A model generated the notes under the pieces. The model searched no databases, was not told the origin of the DNA, and saw only the letters and a program-made list of their open reading frames with translations. The translations under genes and the position numbers were made by a program. A stretch of 64,000 bases of DNA from Trichodelitschia bisporula (Eukaryota), in assembly GCA_010356995.1 (NCBI GenBank), contig ML996693.1, forward strand, positions 1 to 64,000, in the 5' to 3' direction. The first letter of the stretch is position 1; every line of letters begins with the position of its first letter. Shown here piece after piece: positions 1-12,640 of this stretch.

Positions 1-1076
1 TCGGCCTCGCAATGAGCGCCTTTACACACGGCTCTGTGCGCCATGTCGCCGTCGACGGTCAACTGTACGTCTCCCCGCCCACGCCGCATCGCTAACGACC
101 CAGGTACTGGGGCTACTCACCGTAAGCCGCTCGCAATACCGCCTCCCATCTAACCCTCCAGTGAGCACGACGACCGCTTCCCCAGCCCGCCCATCGCCTT
201 TGCCTACAACCAGCGCACCTCGCGGCGCTTCGCCGTCGTCGACCCAGACCTCCCCGGCGATGGCCTGCAACGCCGACCCGCGCGCCCCGGCGCTGATCGC
301 CCCCGCCCGCGCGGGCAGCACGGTGCGCTTCCTGTGGAGTCCCTAATTCGCGCGCCACAAGGCCCCATCGTGAACTACCTGGCGCGATACACGGGGCCGG
401 TCGAGAAGGTGGACCTCAACGCGCTGTCGTGGTTCAAGATCTCGGAGCGAGGGCTGGCGGCGGATGGCCGGTGGGCCGTAGACGAGATGATGGATGACGG
501 GAACGTCACCGCCACAGTACCTCCGCATGACATTGCGCCGGTGACCTACATCCTCCGCCACGAGCTCATCGCGCTGGACTACGTGACCGAGGATAGCCTA
601 TAGCACATGAAGGAGTACAAGATCCTGGGGCCACAGGTACGGCTCTAGCCTTGAGGACGTCGCTGACAACTCAGCACTACATCCAATGCTTCAACCTGCG
701 CATCTCGGGCAGCGGGGCTGCGTCGCCGCCCGGGGTCCGCTTCCCCGGCGCCTACCGGCCCTTCAAGCGGGAGCCGGGGCTGTACTTTGACATGTGGCAC
801 AACGTGTCGCCGTACCCGATCTCGGGGCCGGCGTTGTACGTGCCGCAGGGCGCGGGGCCGGTGCTGCCGCCGCAGCCGGGGAGCGGGCTGCAGAGTTCGA
901 CGGGCGAAGCGGCGCTGGATCTGAAGTACCTCGAGGCGATGATGGAGGATATCCTCGCGCATGACGCGTTCGCGCTCCGGGTGAATAAGCAGCGTTTGGA
1001 GTGGGGGCCGAACCCAAATATGACGGGTCTCCCGCCGGGCTCGGTGCCGCCGGGAGCGGTTGTGAAGGGGCTTTAG
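1..1076 (+). pseudogene. AA9 (GH61) lytic polysaccharide monooxygenase, disrupted; 5' end lies outside the window
   Basis: Signal-peptide end followed by His1 (..AMSAFT|HGSV, CAC 27-29). Introns 65-103, 122-161 and ~637-674. AA9 motifs TSPAMACN, H-K-G-P-I-V-N-Y-L-A, WFKI, YILRHELIAL, GPQHYIQC, FPGAY and YPISGP. In-frame stops TAA 344-346 and TAG 601-603, plus frameshifts near 245 and 360. Confidence 0.85.
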
Positions 1077-2111
1077 CTGCGGTCGTTGGGAGGCTGAGGT
1101 CTTTGGGGCGTCTCGTATGTAACAGTCGAAACGGCAATCGAAGACTCCGCGTTGTGTCCAAGGGTGATTGCCTCGCTGACAAGTGACAACGTACTTTGAG
1201 GCAAGCTCGGCTGGTTGAAGCCGGCGATGAGCGTGTTGTTCTGTGCCGGGCCGAATTCCGCAGTCCGCTGCCCGCACATCGGCTCGCTCCGTGTGCTATT
1301 GCGTCACTATCACCGCTGCCGCGAGATTCGCTGCCGCAATGCCGGTAAGCCACGATAACGGCGCCGCGTTTGTGATTGCTGAGGTGCGCGTGGATCGGTT
1401 CCCGCTGTGACTCGCCCCGGCCCCAGAACTCGGCCGTGTTCACCGAATGGCCGGTGACACCGGAGCTAACGCGCCCCAGGCCATAAGCGGTGCCAACCGA
1501 TGGTCAGAGGGCCGGAGATGCCGCCGGATAGCTGCAATGACCCGATTCCATCGGCTCGGGTCCGAAATCTGTCGAAATCGCCGCCACAAATACCTCGTAC
1601 GCGCGGCGGCCCGGCCAACTTCACCGGCGCATTGGATGCAGCTATAAGGGCCTCTTGACGCCTGTTTAACGTTGGCTTCTCGATTGTACCGCTGCTCGTT
1701 ACTGTCACCGCTCGATGCTTGTTGCTTGTTGCTACGCGCTGTCGCTGGCTTAACTACTAGACGCTGGTCGCTGATTATCGTTTACCGCTTGCTGCTCGCC
1801 GTTACTTGCCATTACATACCATGTCTCTACCTTTTCGGCGCGTTATTCAGATTTGCCTTTTTTTTTGCGGTTCGACTGATTTGCATCAACCTTGGCGCCT
1901 TGTCAGCAAGCCCAAGGCAATTCCCGAGGGAGATGATCCGTGACCTGGGAACTGCTCTGAACCAAGCCAAAAAGAACCCGCAGAGCGCGCTGAAGCAGTT
2001 CAACTCGCATACGCTGAATGCATCGCAGCGCAAACTGGCCCACTCTGAAAAGAAAGACCGGGAAGACCGGGGAGGAGAACAAGCTCCTGCAGAAAGAGGG
2101 TGAAGAGACGC

Positions 2112-2200
2112 GTACCGGGTAACAGTCGAGTCCCGGGTAACTTATTAAGTGCCGGATAACTTACTGAGTGCCGGGTAACTATCTAAGTACCGGGTAACTT
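2112..2200. repeat. Five-copy 18-19 bp tandem array with core CCGG(G/A)TAAC
   Basis: Cores at 2115, 2133, 2152, 2171 and 2190, read directly from the sequence. Confidence 0.85.
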
Positions 2201-2324
2201 GGAACTTAAACAGCGGCAATGAGCCATCAACTTGAAATACGTTAGGAAAAATGTTTCGAGCTGGTTCAGCGAATGCAGCGAGTAAAACTGGGTCTGGCAA
2301 CTAGAATATGGACGCTGGATAGAT

Positions 2325-3948
2325 CTACTTCTTAACATTGGCATGCCCGCCCTTCTGTAACAGTGGCGAGTTGATCGCCCGTTCCCAGTCGTGCAGCATC
2401 TCCGTGTTTAGCATTGACAGTCTGACCTCCTCGCCGGCCCGTGGTACCATCTCCGCTTGGTACGCGGCGAGCGCCTCCTCTACCGTTTTCTCGCCGTCCC
2501 GTGCCGCAACGATCTCTCGTACCAACACGTCTGCGTCGGCGATGCCGTGGTTTAATCCCTGGCCGCGCTCTGTTCATTAGCTACGTCACTGTCGACTAGG
2601 AAACTTACGAAAGGTCATCGGGTGAGCCGCGTCGCCCACAAGCGTGACGCGGTTGTCGTCCCAAGGCACGGGGTCCCAGATGCTGAGGTTGTTTACCGAG
2701 ACCTTCTTGTCATCGGGCACCCACAAAAACGCCGAGCGGAATGGCTCAGCAAACGTCTGCGCCTTGGCCTTCAGCGCCTCCAGCGACGTGGGGTCTTCGC
2801 CCTCGCGCTTCTTCCACGTGAGCTGCAGCTGGAACGTCCAACCAGCCGGGTCATCCGGCGACGGGACGTCTTGGATTGATATCCAGATCCAGTACCCGTC
2901 GGGATGGATTGCGTGGGTCATGATCGGGTGCTTCTGCCGGACAAACAGCGCCTTCCCGGCGTCGTTGTAACAGACGTGCAGATTGATCGCGTTGTACGGC
3001 ACTGACTTCGCGCGGCCGGCTTCACCGAGAATGTTGGTCCGGACGGCTGATTGCGCGCCGTCGGCGCCAATGAGGAGGGAGCCGCCTGCGACGGAGCCGT
3101 CGTTGAAATGCGCTGTCACGTAGTCTTCCCGCGGAGTGCCCTAAGGCCTAAGCTTGGTCGTACAGGAAAGCTGCGGACTCACCTGCTTGTCAGTTGTCTT
3201 GAAGACATGCCGGGGACCAGGCGGCCGGCCTTGGGCCTTTTGCGACGCGCTGACGTCTCCGTCGCCGATGTGGGCGAGCACTTTGCCGTACTGGAGGTCA
3301 GTAAAGGGCCCGATTGCAGCTGAGGGGGACAAACTTGGACGTCAATGCCCTCAGCACACAGCGCGCGGAACTTGCGACGGCTCACGCGGCGCATGCGCAG
3401 CAGCGGTATGTCCTTTAGGAGTTCACCCGTCGCGCCGTTCCACGTCGGCAGGTTGCCAGGATCGGGGGGCTCGAAGAATGGGTCGTTGGCGGCTGTATAC
3501 ACGCGCTCCCATGTTGGGCGGGGAAGCACGGACTCGAGGAGCGGACTGTCTGTTACCAACGTTGATGCAAACGGAGATACCTACAGGCCCCATTGGACGG
3601 ACCTGAGAGTTGCGTGAGCGGACATTCGCAACAGGATGGATGATGCATGAGCACACATCTGCAGCGGGGACGAAGTACGCACATTCCCCACTCACGTGGC
3701 CGGTAGTGGGCTGCCGACGGCTCGGCTTCGAAGACCGTGCACGAGATCCCGTTCTGAGGGTTCGCGTGGGGGTCAGCATGGCGTGGTGTCACCAATAATA
3801 AAGTCAGCATTCAGACCGACCTTCTTCAGGCCCTGGGCGACCAAGAGGCCGGCGATGCCTGATTGTTAGTGAATTGCGCTGTCTGCAGCCGGGGAATTTG
3901 CTCACCAGCTCCAACAATAAGGACATGAAGTTCAGCCTGTTCAGCCAT
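2325..3948 (-). CDS. FAD-dependent monooxygenase (FAD_binding_3, aromatic hydroxylase-like), multi-exon
   Basis: Spliced N-terminus MAEQAELHVLIVGAG-IAGL (Rossmann fold), REWGM-SVQWGL (18-nt micro-exon), LIGADGAQSAVR, VTLVGDAAHPMT..RGQGLNHG. Stop at 2325. Confidence 0.9.
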
Positions 3949-4151
3949 GCTTTTGGAACGCAATCAAATGACATGGGCGATCTCTGAGCTATCTGACCTT
4001 TTGACTCGGGGAGAGGAGAGTTTAGTACTCGAAAGAAGCCTAGCCAATGGCCGATGGCGCACACTAGCCGTGGCCACACCAATCGCCGGAATATCGACGC
4101 CCAACGGTTCGGCTTTAAAGACGGCACCCCTCGCTGTCATCCCCCACCTTG

Positions 4152-5377
4152 ATGGCTTCGAACGAGCCCGAGGGCACGCCTCTAGAAATCGACGTATGTT
4201 GCCCTAATCGTGCGCGCAAGGCCGCAAGGCTGACAGCCTCAAGAGCAACGATACTGACTCCGCGTACTCCGCATCCACGTGCGTTGTTTGCCGCTACATA
4301 CCCCAAACACCGCTGACATTCCAGTCGCCCGAGCTCATTGACGTCGCTCGCATCTGAGATACATCGCGGCATCTTCGAAAATGGCCGTCGGTACCATGCA
4401 TATGGTAGTGCACGTGTGTACCCTGAGGACCTTTTGCCGGATGGGCGCTGACCAGCAGAATATGCCTTTCCCAACGATGAACCCGAGCTCGAACGGCTCG
4501 ACATGCAGCATGCCATGATGACGTTACTGCTCGACAACAAGCTCTACTGGGCGCCGATCGGCCACCCGCAAAAGGTCCTGGATCTTGGCACTGGGACCGG
4601 CATTTGGGCTATCGACTTTGCCGACCTACATCCGGAGGCGGACGTGACCGGTACGGATCTGTCGCCGATCCAGCCACATTGGGTGCCGCAGAACTGCCAC
4701 TTCGAGATTGACGATGCCGAGATGGAGTGGACATTCGGGGCTAACAAGTTCGATTACATCCACAACCGAAACTTTGTGTGCGCGATCCGCAACTGGCCGC
4801 GGCTGATTGAGCAGACCTTTCAGTATGTGGCGGCCACCGGGAAAGATATTTAACTGACGACTCAGCGCGCTTAAACCCGGCGGCTGGGTCGAATGGCACG
4901 AGAAGCAGCCCAAGTTCATGTCCGACGACGACACCCTGCTGCCAGATTCGCCCCTAGACCTCTGGTCGCAGTACTTTTTCGAGGCAGCGGAGAAGTTTAA
5001 TACGCCCGCCGACTCGCCCTCTAAGATCAAAGGGTGGATGGAGGCCACTGGCTTCGTCGACATTCAGCAGTATCGCTTGAAACTGCCCGTCGGCATGTGG
5101 CCCAAGGACCAACGGCTTAAAAAGTGCGGACTGATCGAGATGATCAACATGACTGAGGGCATCGAGGGACTGAGCCTGATGTGCTTCACACGTGCTTTAG
5201 GGTGGAGTGTCGAGAAGGTGCAGCTGTTTCTGATGGAAGTTCGCAAGCATGCGAAGGAGCGCGGTGTACATTCGTACTACCATTTGTAAGTGATTTCCAG
5301 CCGGGTGACCTTTTGCTGATGCCTACCGTAGCTACGTAATATACGGACGGAAGCCAGAGGTAGGGAGTGCGGAGTAG
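4152..5377 (+). CDS. SAM-dependent methyltransferase, LaeA-like/TAM (Methyltransf_23) family, multi-exon
   Basis: ENGRRYH, YAFPNDEPELERLDMQH, VLDLGTGTGIWAIDFAD, GTDLSPIQP, LKPGGWVE, and last exon YVIYGRKP. Canonical introns. Start codon inferred. Confidence 0.9.
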
Positions 5378-7305
5378 GCGGGGGAGGGAGTGGAGACATT
5401 AACTCCTACATACATTTCCACCGCTCAAGATTCGGCTGGTGTGTTCACTTTGACACAGGCACATATGGGAGGACCTTCGGTAATAGTTGCGTGATTCATG
5501 AACAGCGTTTGCTGGTCGGCTTTGTGCCAAAGGATTGAGCGAGCAGTCAATTTCTCAGGACATAAATTCACCCATCTTTGGTAGGCTCTGCCCTATGCGT
5601 CCCATCAAGCCTGTGCTGGCAGCTCATGAGCCACAGCTGTCGAAGTGAGGGATGGGCTGTCAGGTTGGGGTTTTGGGCGCTCGGATTTCGTCGGCGGCAT
5701 CTCGAAGGTTCAATCGGCCCTCACGGTTCGTGTCCTGGCAGTTAGACAGTGAGATTTGCAGAGCTCATATAGAGAAAGGCGATTTTCCCTCCACATGCTT
5801 CTTTCCCTCACGCTTCTCAATTGCTCGGTTTTTGAGACCGCACCCCGTCCCCGGTCCGAATCAAGAGACTCCGGGCACGCACCTGGTCACAAGAGAACGT
5901 CTGTTTGGGTCAGCGCAGGTCAATCGAAGAGAAGGTGGCTACAAGACGAGCGCGAGCCTCTTGAGAAGATCTCTCGTTGCGTCTCGGCTGAAGGGAACTG
6001 GGCGAATGGTGTGACTAAAGGTTTCCCGAAAAGTGTTCGCCACCCTACTTGGGCATCTTTGCGGACCAGTGAGGCCGCGACTTTTTCAGGTGGCCCCTTG
6101 AATTTTGGTGCTGACCGTCCCGTGCACACGCTAGACTAGGCTCGACGCGCTACTGAGGACGCCAGTTGTGGGGAAGGAGAATAGCGGATGAATATGAAGG
6201 AGTTGGAGAATGAAGCATAAGGAGTTCTTGGTTACGGTTCAGCAGAAGTAGCCCGGAGAGTACGGTACTCAGAGTGCAGCAGGAAGACTTTGAGGAGCAG
6301 CCGGCGCCCACGCGTCGGCATTGAGTACACAGTACTCCACAACTTCGCGACAAACACGCGAAGTTACGAGGTGGGAGTTTGATTCTTGGCATCAGTTAAT
6401 CGACTCCGGCTCCTTCGGCTCTACCGAAAGTATAACACGTGTCGAGGTATGAGCCGAAAATGGGGTATGGAATAACAGCCAAAAGATGAACGGAATGCAG
6501 CCTTGTTTTTTTGTCCATCGCCCCTCGCAATAATAATGTGATGAAAGTCAACTATGCTAACGCCATGCTGTTTCATCCATTGCGCCTTCAGGCTGGACGT
6601 GGACGACCTGCGGATGTGTTCCACCGGCTCTCCACACTGCCACGCTGCACACCATCCCGGAGTCCGGACAAGGCCGCGCAAGCCTTCAAGGGAAGCTCTG
6701 AAAAGTGCATCGCGAGCGGACGCACAGGCTGTGGTCGTGAGTCGCCTGTCGATTCGCCTTCTGTTCCAATTCGTCTTGTGCCGCATCTCGTATGCCCGAC
6801 GCTCCCCAAAACACTCACGGCTGGCAAGCAGTCGACAAGGCTCCATCTCTCCCAGCACGTAAGCTGTTGATCTCGTCAGCCAGTGACCTTCCCCTTCTCC
6901 TCGCCCTCAACTCGGTCACTCTCTCATGTAACGCCTCTTCTTCTCTTCCGTCCCTTCCCCCGCATGCGGATGGCAGGGTGACCCCGTTGAGCGGGGGCGT
7001 TGCTAAGGATAGCGCCACTAAGGCCAGCGGCTCCACCGTGCCCCTGCCACATCAGCCTCGAAATCGGAAAGGAGAGACAGGGGGCCCCGGAGAGTGGCTT
7101 TTCGCGCGTTGCCGTTCGTTTGTTTGCTTGTGTCCGTGTTTATTGCCTTTTAAATGCGCCTCTCCCCCATTTTGTTCTGTCATCTCCCTTTGCTACCACT
7201 CTCTCGTCAAAAGTTTACTTCGCTCTTACATCCACATCACTCTTTTCAACATTCGCTGCAGCACTCGACGCATCCCCGACCACCCATCTATCGCACTCAT
7301 TCACA

Positions 7306-7767
7306 ATGCGCGCCGTCGCCATCTTCCTCCCGCTCCTGGCCGCTCTGGTCGCAGCTGAGCCCGTCACCACGTCCTCGGTCGTCGTCGACAACCCCAACAC
7401 AAAGTACCTCACGATGACCGACTCCAACGGCGTCATCACCGGCCAGCCCACCGTTGTCACGTCTCAGCCCACGCAACCGGCCGTCGTCACGTCGCAGCCC
7501 GAAGTGGCCACCCTCCCCGCGGGCCTGACCGGTACCACTGTCATCCAGGTCGGCAACCAGACCCTCACCGTCGGCGTGAGCGGCAGCTCCACCAGCATCA
7601 TCCGCTCGACGCCCAAGCCGACGACTACCAACGGCGGCTCCGGCTCCGACTCCAGCGCGACCGGCTCCGGTGCGGCGGCCTCCAGCAGCAAGGGCGCGGC
7701 GGCACATGTTCAGGCGGCCGGCAGCGTGCTTGTGGGTGCGGGCGCCGTCTTCGCCCTGCTCTTCTAA
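7306..7767 (+). CDS. Small secreted Ser/Thr-rich, probably GPI-anchored cell-wall protein (153 aa)
   Basis: Signal peptide MRAVAIFLPLLAALVAA, TDSNGVITGQP motif with repeated VVTSQP, Ser/Gly-rich linker, and hydrophobic C-terminus (GAGAVFALLF). Confidence 0.85.
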   Translation: MRAVAIFLPLLAALVAAEPVTTSSVVVDNPNTKYLTMTDSNGVITGQPTVVTSQPTQPAVVTSQPEVATLPAGLTGTTVIQVGNQTLTVGVSGSSTSIIRSTPKPTTTNGGSGSDSSATGSGAAASSSKGAAAHVQAAGSVLVGAGAVFALLF

Positions 7768-8293
7768 GCGTCTCTGAGTGGGTGGTTTTTCTTCTTGTAC
7801 TGAGCGCGCATGGCTCGGCGTTGGAACGGTAATGGGAATTTAAAAAGTAATGGAACCACCACTCGTACATCTGTGGTTTGAGGATTGTGATGCTGGCAAG
7901 GGTTCCCGTTGCAAGTGACCCGTAGTGACTGATCTTTGGATGACTCTTGGATGACTTCTTGGTTCAGGTGTCTGGCCTCGACCGATCATCAAGAAAGCGC
8001 CGACGAAAATCCGGGCGCTAAAGTTCAAGGTCGCAGATCGAGATGCCAGCCCCCCGCAAATCAGGCTGCGCGGACTCGGGCTTCATTGGTCGCGTTCGTC
8101 GGCCAGCCACGCACCTCGTAGCCTCACAACGTCATCTGACTGCCAACACCTCTTGACCTTAACCTCTTGACTCCCCTCTTGACTAGTTCTCGAGTACTCC
8201 GCCATCCCTCTTGACGGCCTCTTCTCTCACGTTCCCCTCTCCCGTGTCCCAAGTCTCACTCTTACTGATCTATTCTTAATCCCACCGCCCACC

Positions 8294-9526
8294 ATGGAGA
8301 CAGCATATAGGAGAACGAAGCAGCTCGCCGAAGAGACGGACGATGAGCGCCATTTCCGCAAGCAAGCCGACTTCCCCAAAATCGAAAGCAAAATGAAAGG
8401 CATCGGCACGCGCCGCCATGCCTCCGTCATCGACACCATAGGGTCCTACCTAGGCGCCAAAAACCCCTTCACCCACCCCGCGAACCCCAAGTCCCACAAC
8501 GTATGGCTCTTCGACAACACAGCTTGGCAGTCAGCGTCCGGCGAGTGGCAGATGCACGTCGTGGCCGCGTACTTCGTCAAGAATTCCGGCAAGGACGAGA
8601 GCCGCAGCGTGGCCGACATCTCGGCCCTGCTGGGTCTGGCCGAAAACGCCGAAGCCCGCGACACACTGCGCCGCCGTCTGCAGCCGCTAATGGACACGGT
8701 GCTCCCGGCGCACACGATCACCCTGTCCGTTACGGATAGCACGCATCGCCTCGGGCCGAGCGACCGCGACGGTATCAGCACGAATCTGATCCAGATCGCG
8801 GGCGACTACACCGACGGGTCGACGCTCAAATCGACGGCGGTTGATTTCGGGTCCAGTGCTACGCCGCTGTGCACCACGTTCGCGAAGTCGACTGGCTGGG
8901 CCGTAATTTCCGACATCGACGACACGATCAAGAAGACCCTCACCGTCTCGCCGCTAGGCATCCTCCGCACGACTTTCGTCGACGAGCCAGAGCCTATCGC
9001 CGGCATGCCCGAGCTGTATGCGCACATGCAGATCGCGCTCGAAAGCCCGCCGTTCTGGTATCTCTCCGCCTCGCCCTACAACCTATACCCCTTCCTGCGC
9101 TCGTTCCGAGACGAGTACTACCCGCCGGGCACCATGATCCTGCGCGAAGCATCGTGGATGAATCTCTCCGGCTTCCTGACGTCCCTGTCGCAGGGAACAC
9201 AGGCGTACAAGGTGTCGCGCATGCGGGAGATCCAGTCCCGGTTCCCGGGTCGGCGCTTTGTGTGCCTTGGCGATAGCACGCAGAGCGACCCCGAGGCGTA
9301 TGGTGAGATGTACCGCGCGTTTCCCGGATGGGTGGCTGCTATTTATATCCGCCGCGTGGCTGGGGTGGCCGAGATTGATGAGAGCCAGAAGAACTCGCCC
9401 GGGCGCTTTGAGAAGGCGTTCAAGGATATTCCGGCTACGGTGTGGCATGTGTTTGACGACCCGGCGGAGGTGAAGGCCAAAATTGACGAGCTGGTTGCGG
9501 AAAGCCGTGAGTTCTACAGGCGTTGA
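8294..9526 (+). CDS. APP1: App1-family phosphatidate phosphatase (actin patch protein 1-like)
   Basis: Intronless 410 aa. ISDIDDTIK catalytic motif, FWYLSASPYNLY, GDSTQSDPEAY, IYIRRV. Confidence 0.88.
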   Translation: METAYRRTKQLAEETDDERHFRKQADFPKIESKMKGIGTRRHASVIDTIGSYLGAKNPFTHPANPKSHNVWLFDNTAWQSASGEWQMHVVAAYFVKNSGKDESRSVADISALLGLAENAEARDTLRRRLQPLMDTVLPAHTITLSVTDSTHRLGPSDRDGISTNLIQIAGDYTDGSTLKSTAVDFGSSATPLCTTFAKSTGWAVISDIDDTIKKTLTVSPLGILRTTFVDEPEPIAGMPELYAHMQIALESPPFWYLSASPYNLYPFLRSFRDEYYPPGTMILREASWMNLSGFLTSLSQGTQAYKVSRMREIQSRFPGRRFVCLGDSTQSDPEAYGEMYRAFPGWVAAIYIRRVAGVAEIDESQKNSPGRFEKAFKDIPATVWHVFDDPAEVKAKIDELVAESREFYRR

Positions 9527-9998
9527 TGTGCCCGTTGCTAACTTGCGCAGCTGAAATTACGGCGGAGACGGAAGAGGGACCTGCGGTCAAGGCGTCGGCG
9601 GAATAGTGGGCGGAATTAATGCTTTTGGTCATGATGCATCGTTGGATTGAAGCGGCTTGGAGTCGATGGACGCAATATTGGAGCATAATAGATTGGGGTC
9701 TAAGAAAGGTGGAAGCTCTGCGCTCTTTGATTCCCAGTTATGCCGTCATGCCATAATGTCATAATACTACGCATGTCTCAAACTGCACCTCGTTTGAGCT
9801 CCAAGGGCGGCTGATGGGCTGGGTCATGACCTGTACCCATGTTTGTTGTCAACCTTCGAGCATTCCTCACGGGCTCACCCCAGTGCCTTTCGACGTGGAA
9901 CTTTTGCCTCGCGGTGGACAGCGTGCCGGAGGCATTGCTCAAATTAACAATAAATAGCATTGCGCGTATTATACCTCATGGGCTATTTACATACATAA

Positions 9999-12640
9999 CT
10001 AGAAGCTCTCGTCTTCATCGGCGTCGATGAGCTTCGCGTAATCCTCAGCCGACGCAAACGTCGGCAGCTGCTTGAGCTTCTTGCGCTCCTTGCGGTCCTT
10101 GTGAGCCTTGCTCTTTTCCTTCTCCGGCACCAGTTCCTCGAAGTCGGATGGTACTTCATCGTCGCTGGCCACAAGCACCTCCTCGTCGCTCTCCAGTGCG
10201 GCGAAGTCGTCCTCGCCCTCCGACACGAGCCCGACATTACCGTCTTCATCGACGAACTCCACGCCGCCGTCGCTCTCGTCCGCGTCGTCCATGTCCTCCA
10301 AATCCCCATCCTCCTCATCACTGTCCTCCGCCATCGCCTCTGCCAGACCTTCCATGTCGTCAAAGTCAAGCTCATCATCGCCCTCAATCTCCGGCCTCGA
10401 CTTGACCAGCGCATCCCAAATCTCGTCCTCACTGTCTTCCTTCTCCGCCCGGCGCTCAGCGCGGTTCTTCGTCTTCCCGACCTTGCTGAAATACTGGTGG
10501 AAGAATGCTTCGTCCGGTGCCACCTCCTCCGTCTTCTTCGCCCAGAACGCTTCCGTATTCAGCGGCGCAGCGCCCTTGGCGCTCGACCGGCCCTTAATTA
10601 GCAAGTCGCTCGTGTGCGCGCCAGCGAGCGGCTGCATGATGGAGTTGCCTCGCAGGGACGTCGCCTTCGCCTTCGCATTGCGATAGGCGAAGCGGTCGAG
10701 AAAGTGCATCAGCGTGAACACCGTCGGATCAGGTTTCTCCGGCATCTCTTCCGAGAGGAGCAGTCGAGATGCGAACAGCGACACTGACGGGTGATAGTGC
10801 ATCTGCAGCGGCAGCAGCTCCCACAAGCAGCTGCGGTCCGCGTTGCTGAACTCCGGGTCCCGCTTGCGGCCGTCGTAGGTGGTGGCTGAGCGCATGGGCT
10901 TCGGGGCGACGTCGCGCTCGGCGTCCTCGTCAACGTCATGGAAGCTTTCCTCTTCATCCTCGGGCGTCGACTCGGGCTCGCTGAGCATAGTTTTAATCCC
11001 CGGGAACGTACGCTTCAGCTCGTACACAAGGTAGATGACACCACACGCAAACGGCGGCTCGTGCATCGAAATCACCTGCAGCAGCCGCTTCACGAAGCCC
11101 TGCACGCGCTTGATGTTGACGTCCGATTTGAGCGAGCGGTAAAGCAGGTTCAGATACATGATCTGCTTCGACGACGACAGCAGCCGGGGGTCATGCAGCG
11201 TGCTGTACAGGGTGCGGTAGAAGCGGTCAGCCGTGTACTGCTTCGACGCGGTGATCTGCTGAATCAGCATCAGCGCCTGGATGGTCGTGTTGAAGTTGGA
11301 CGAGTGCACGACACGGTACAGCGTGTCGAGCTGGCCCTCAAACGAGGCCGAGTCCGTGTCGGCGAAGGGGAACGCGCGATTGACGCCGGTCAGGATCTGT
11401 GCGATGACCTTCTCACGCAGCTCTTCCTCCCCCTTGTTTTTTGCTTCCGCGAGCTTCGCGCGCGCCTTGGCCTTTTTGTTCATCTTCCCAGCGGGCTTAC
11501 GGTCCTTGGGCGCAGGATCATGCTTCAGCAGAGTGACGAAGAGCTTGAAGTAAATTTCGAGCAGCCGGTTGGCGACGTCTTGTTCCTTCTGGCTGAGGAC
11601 GGTCTGGTTGAGCGTGATTGTCGCGTAGTACTTAGCCTGCCACGTCTGCGTCGGGCGCAGCAGCAGCTCCGTCTCCATGGCGTTGATGATGACGAGCTTC
11701 ATGACCGGATGCGTTGCCTGAAGCTGCAGCAGCAAGTACGACGCGCGCGAGGCGACCTTCTTTTCAGTGTCGCCGAGCTTGTTGATCAGCAGGCGCAGTA
11801 AGTTCTCCTCCTGCTCCGGCTTTTCCTTGAGCAGTTCCCAGACGAACGTGATCGCCCGATTGCGCGTGTATTCGATTTCGTCGTTGCACCAGGCCTCGAG
11901 AACTTTGAGCAGTTCAAAGTATGTATGCTTCAGCCAGTCCTCGTACGCCCAGGCGATGAGGTGTACGTCCTGCAGCTGGCCCGGGAGATCGCCGGACTTC
12001 CAGTAGCTAACGCCCTGTAGCGCGGCGATCAGCTCCGGCTGGCGCCCAAATGCGCGCAGCTTGCGGTCCGGCGGTAGTACGACGCCCTGACCGAGCAAAT
12101 CCTTGAGCGCGGCGAGAGCCATGATGGCCTGATTGCGACTCTTCTTGCGTGCCAGCCCGACGAGCGTCTCAAACGACTTCTTCGTGTGCAGCGGCGACTC
12201 CTGGACGACGAGCGTCAGGGCAGACACCTTGTCCTCCAGTGTACCAGAGGCCATGATGGTGGACAGGAACTTGTGCGACGACTGGGTGAGGTTGACAGCG
12301 TAGTACTGTGCATTTTCGGCCTCGAGCAGCGCGTCGGCGTGCTTCTGGAGGGCGGCGAGCAGTGCTTGTGATGGCTGGTCGGGCTTCTCTTTGGTTGGGA
12401 GTGGAGGGAGTTCGGCGGCATGCCAGTCGGGACGCGGTTTGAAAATCTGGATCAGTTAGCAGTCGACTTTGACACGGCGTCCGAGCTGACCAAAGGCTTC
12501 TCGTCCGCCTTCTTCGGGCGCGACTGCGAGTGTGTGTAGGTGGCGGGCTTGTCGCTACGGTCTTTGGACTTGTCGCCATAGTCCTTTGGCTTCTTGGAAG
12601 GGTGTCCATGGCTGTCGGATGCTGAGCGCTTTCTCCCCAT
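9999..12640 (-). CDS. MAK21: Ribosome biogenesis protein Mak21/Noc1 (CBF/Mak21 domain)
   Basis: SGTLEDKVSAL, KPEQEENLLRLLINKLGD, YDGRKRDP, HYHPSV, acidic tail ending LPTFASAEDYA. Exon 1 (MGRKR..) is followed by one short intron near 12447-12491. Confidence 0.95.

Noticed and set aside
10101..11801. Long + strand ORFs opposite MAK21 (similar cases lie opposite SAS10, TRAPPC11, MEP and the peroxidase)
   Set aside because: These are antisense shadows of GC3-biased coding sequence.
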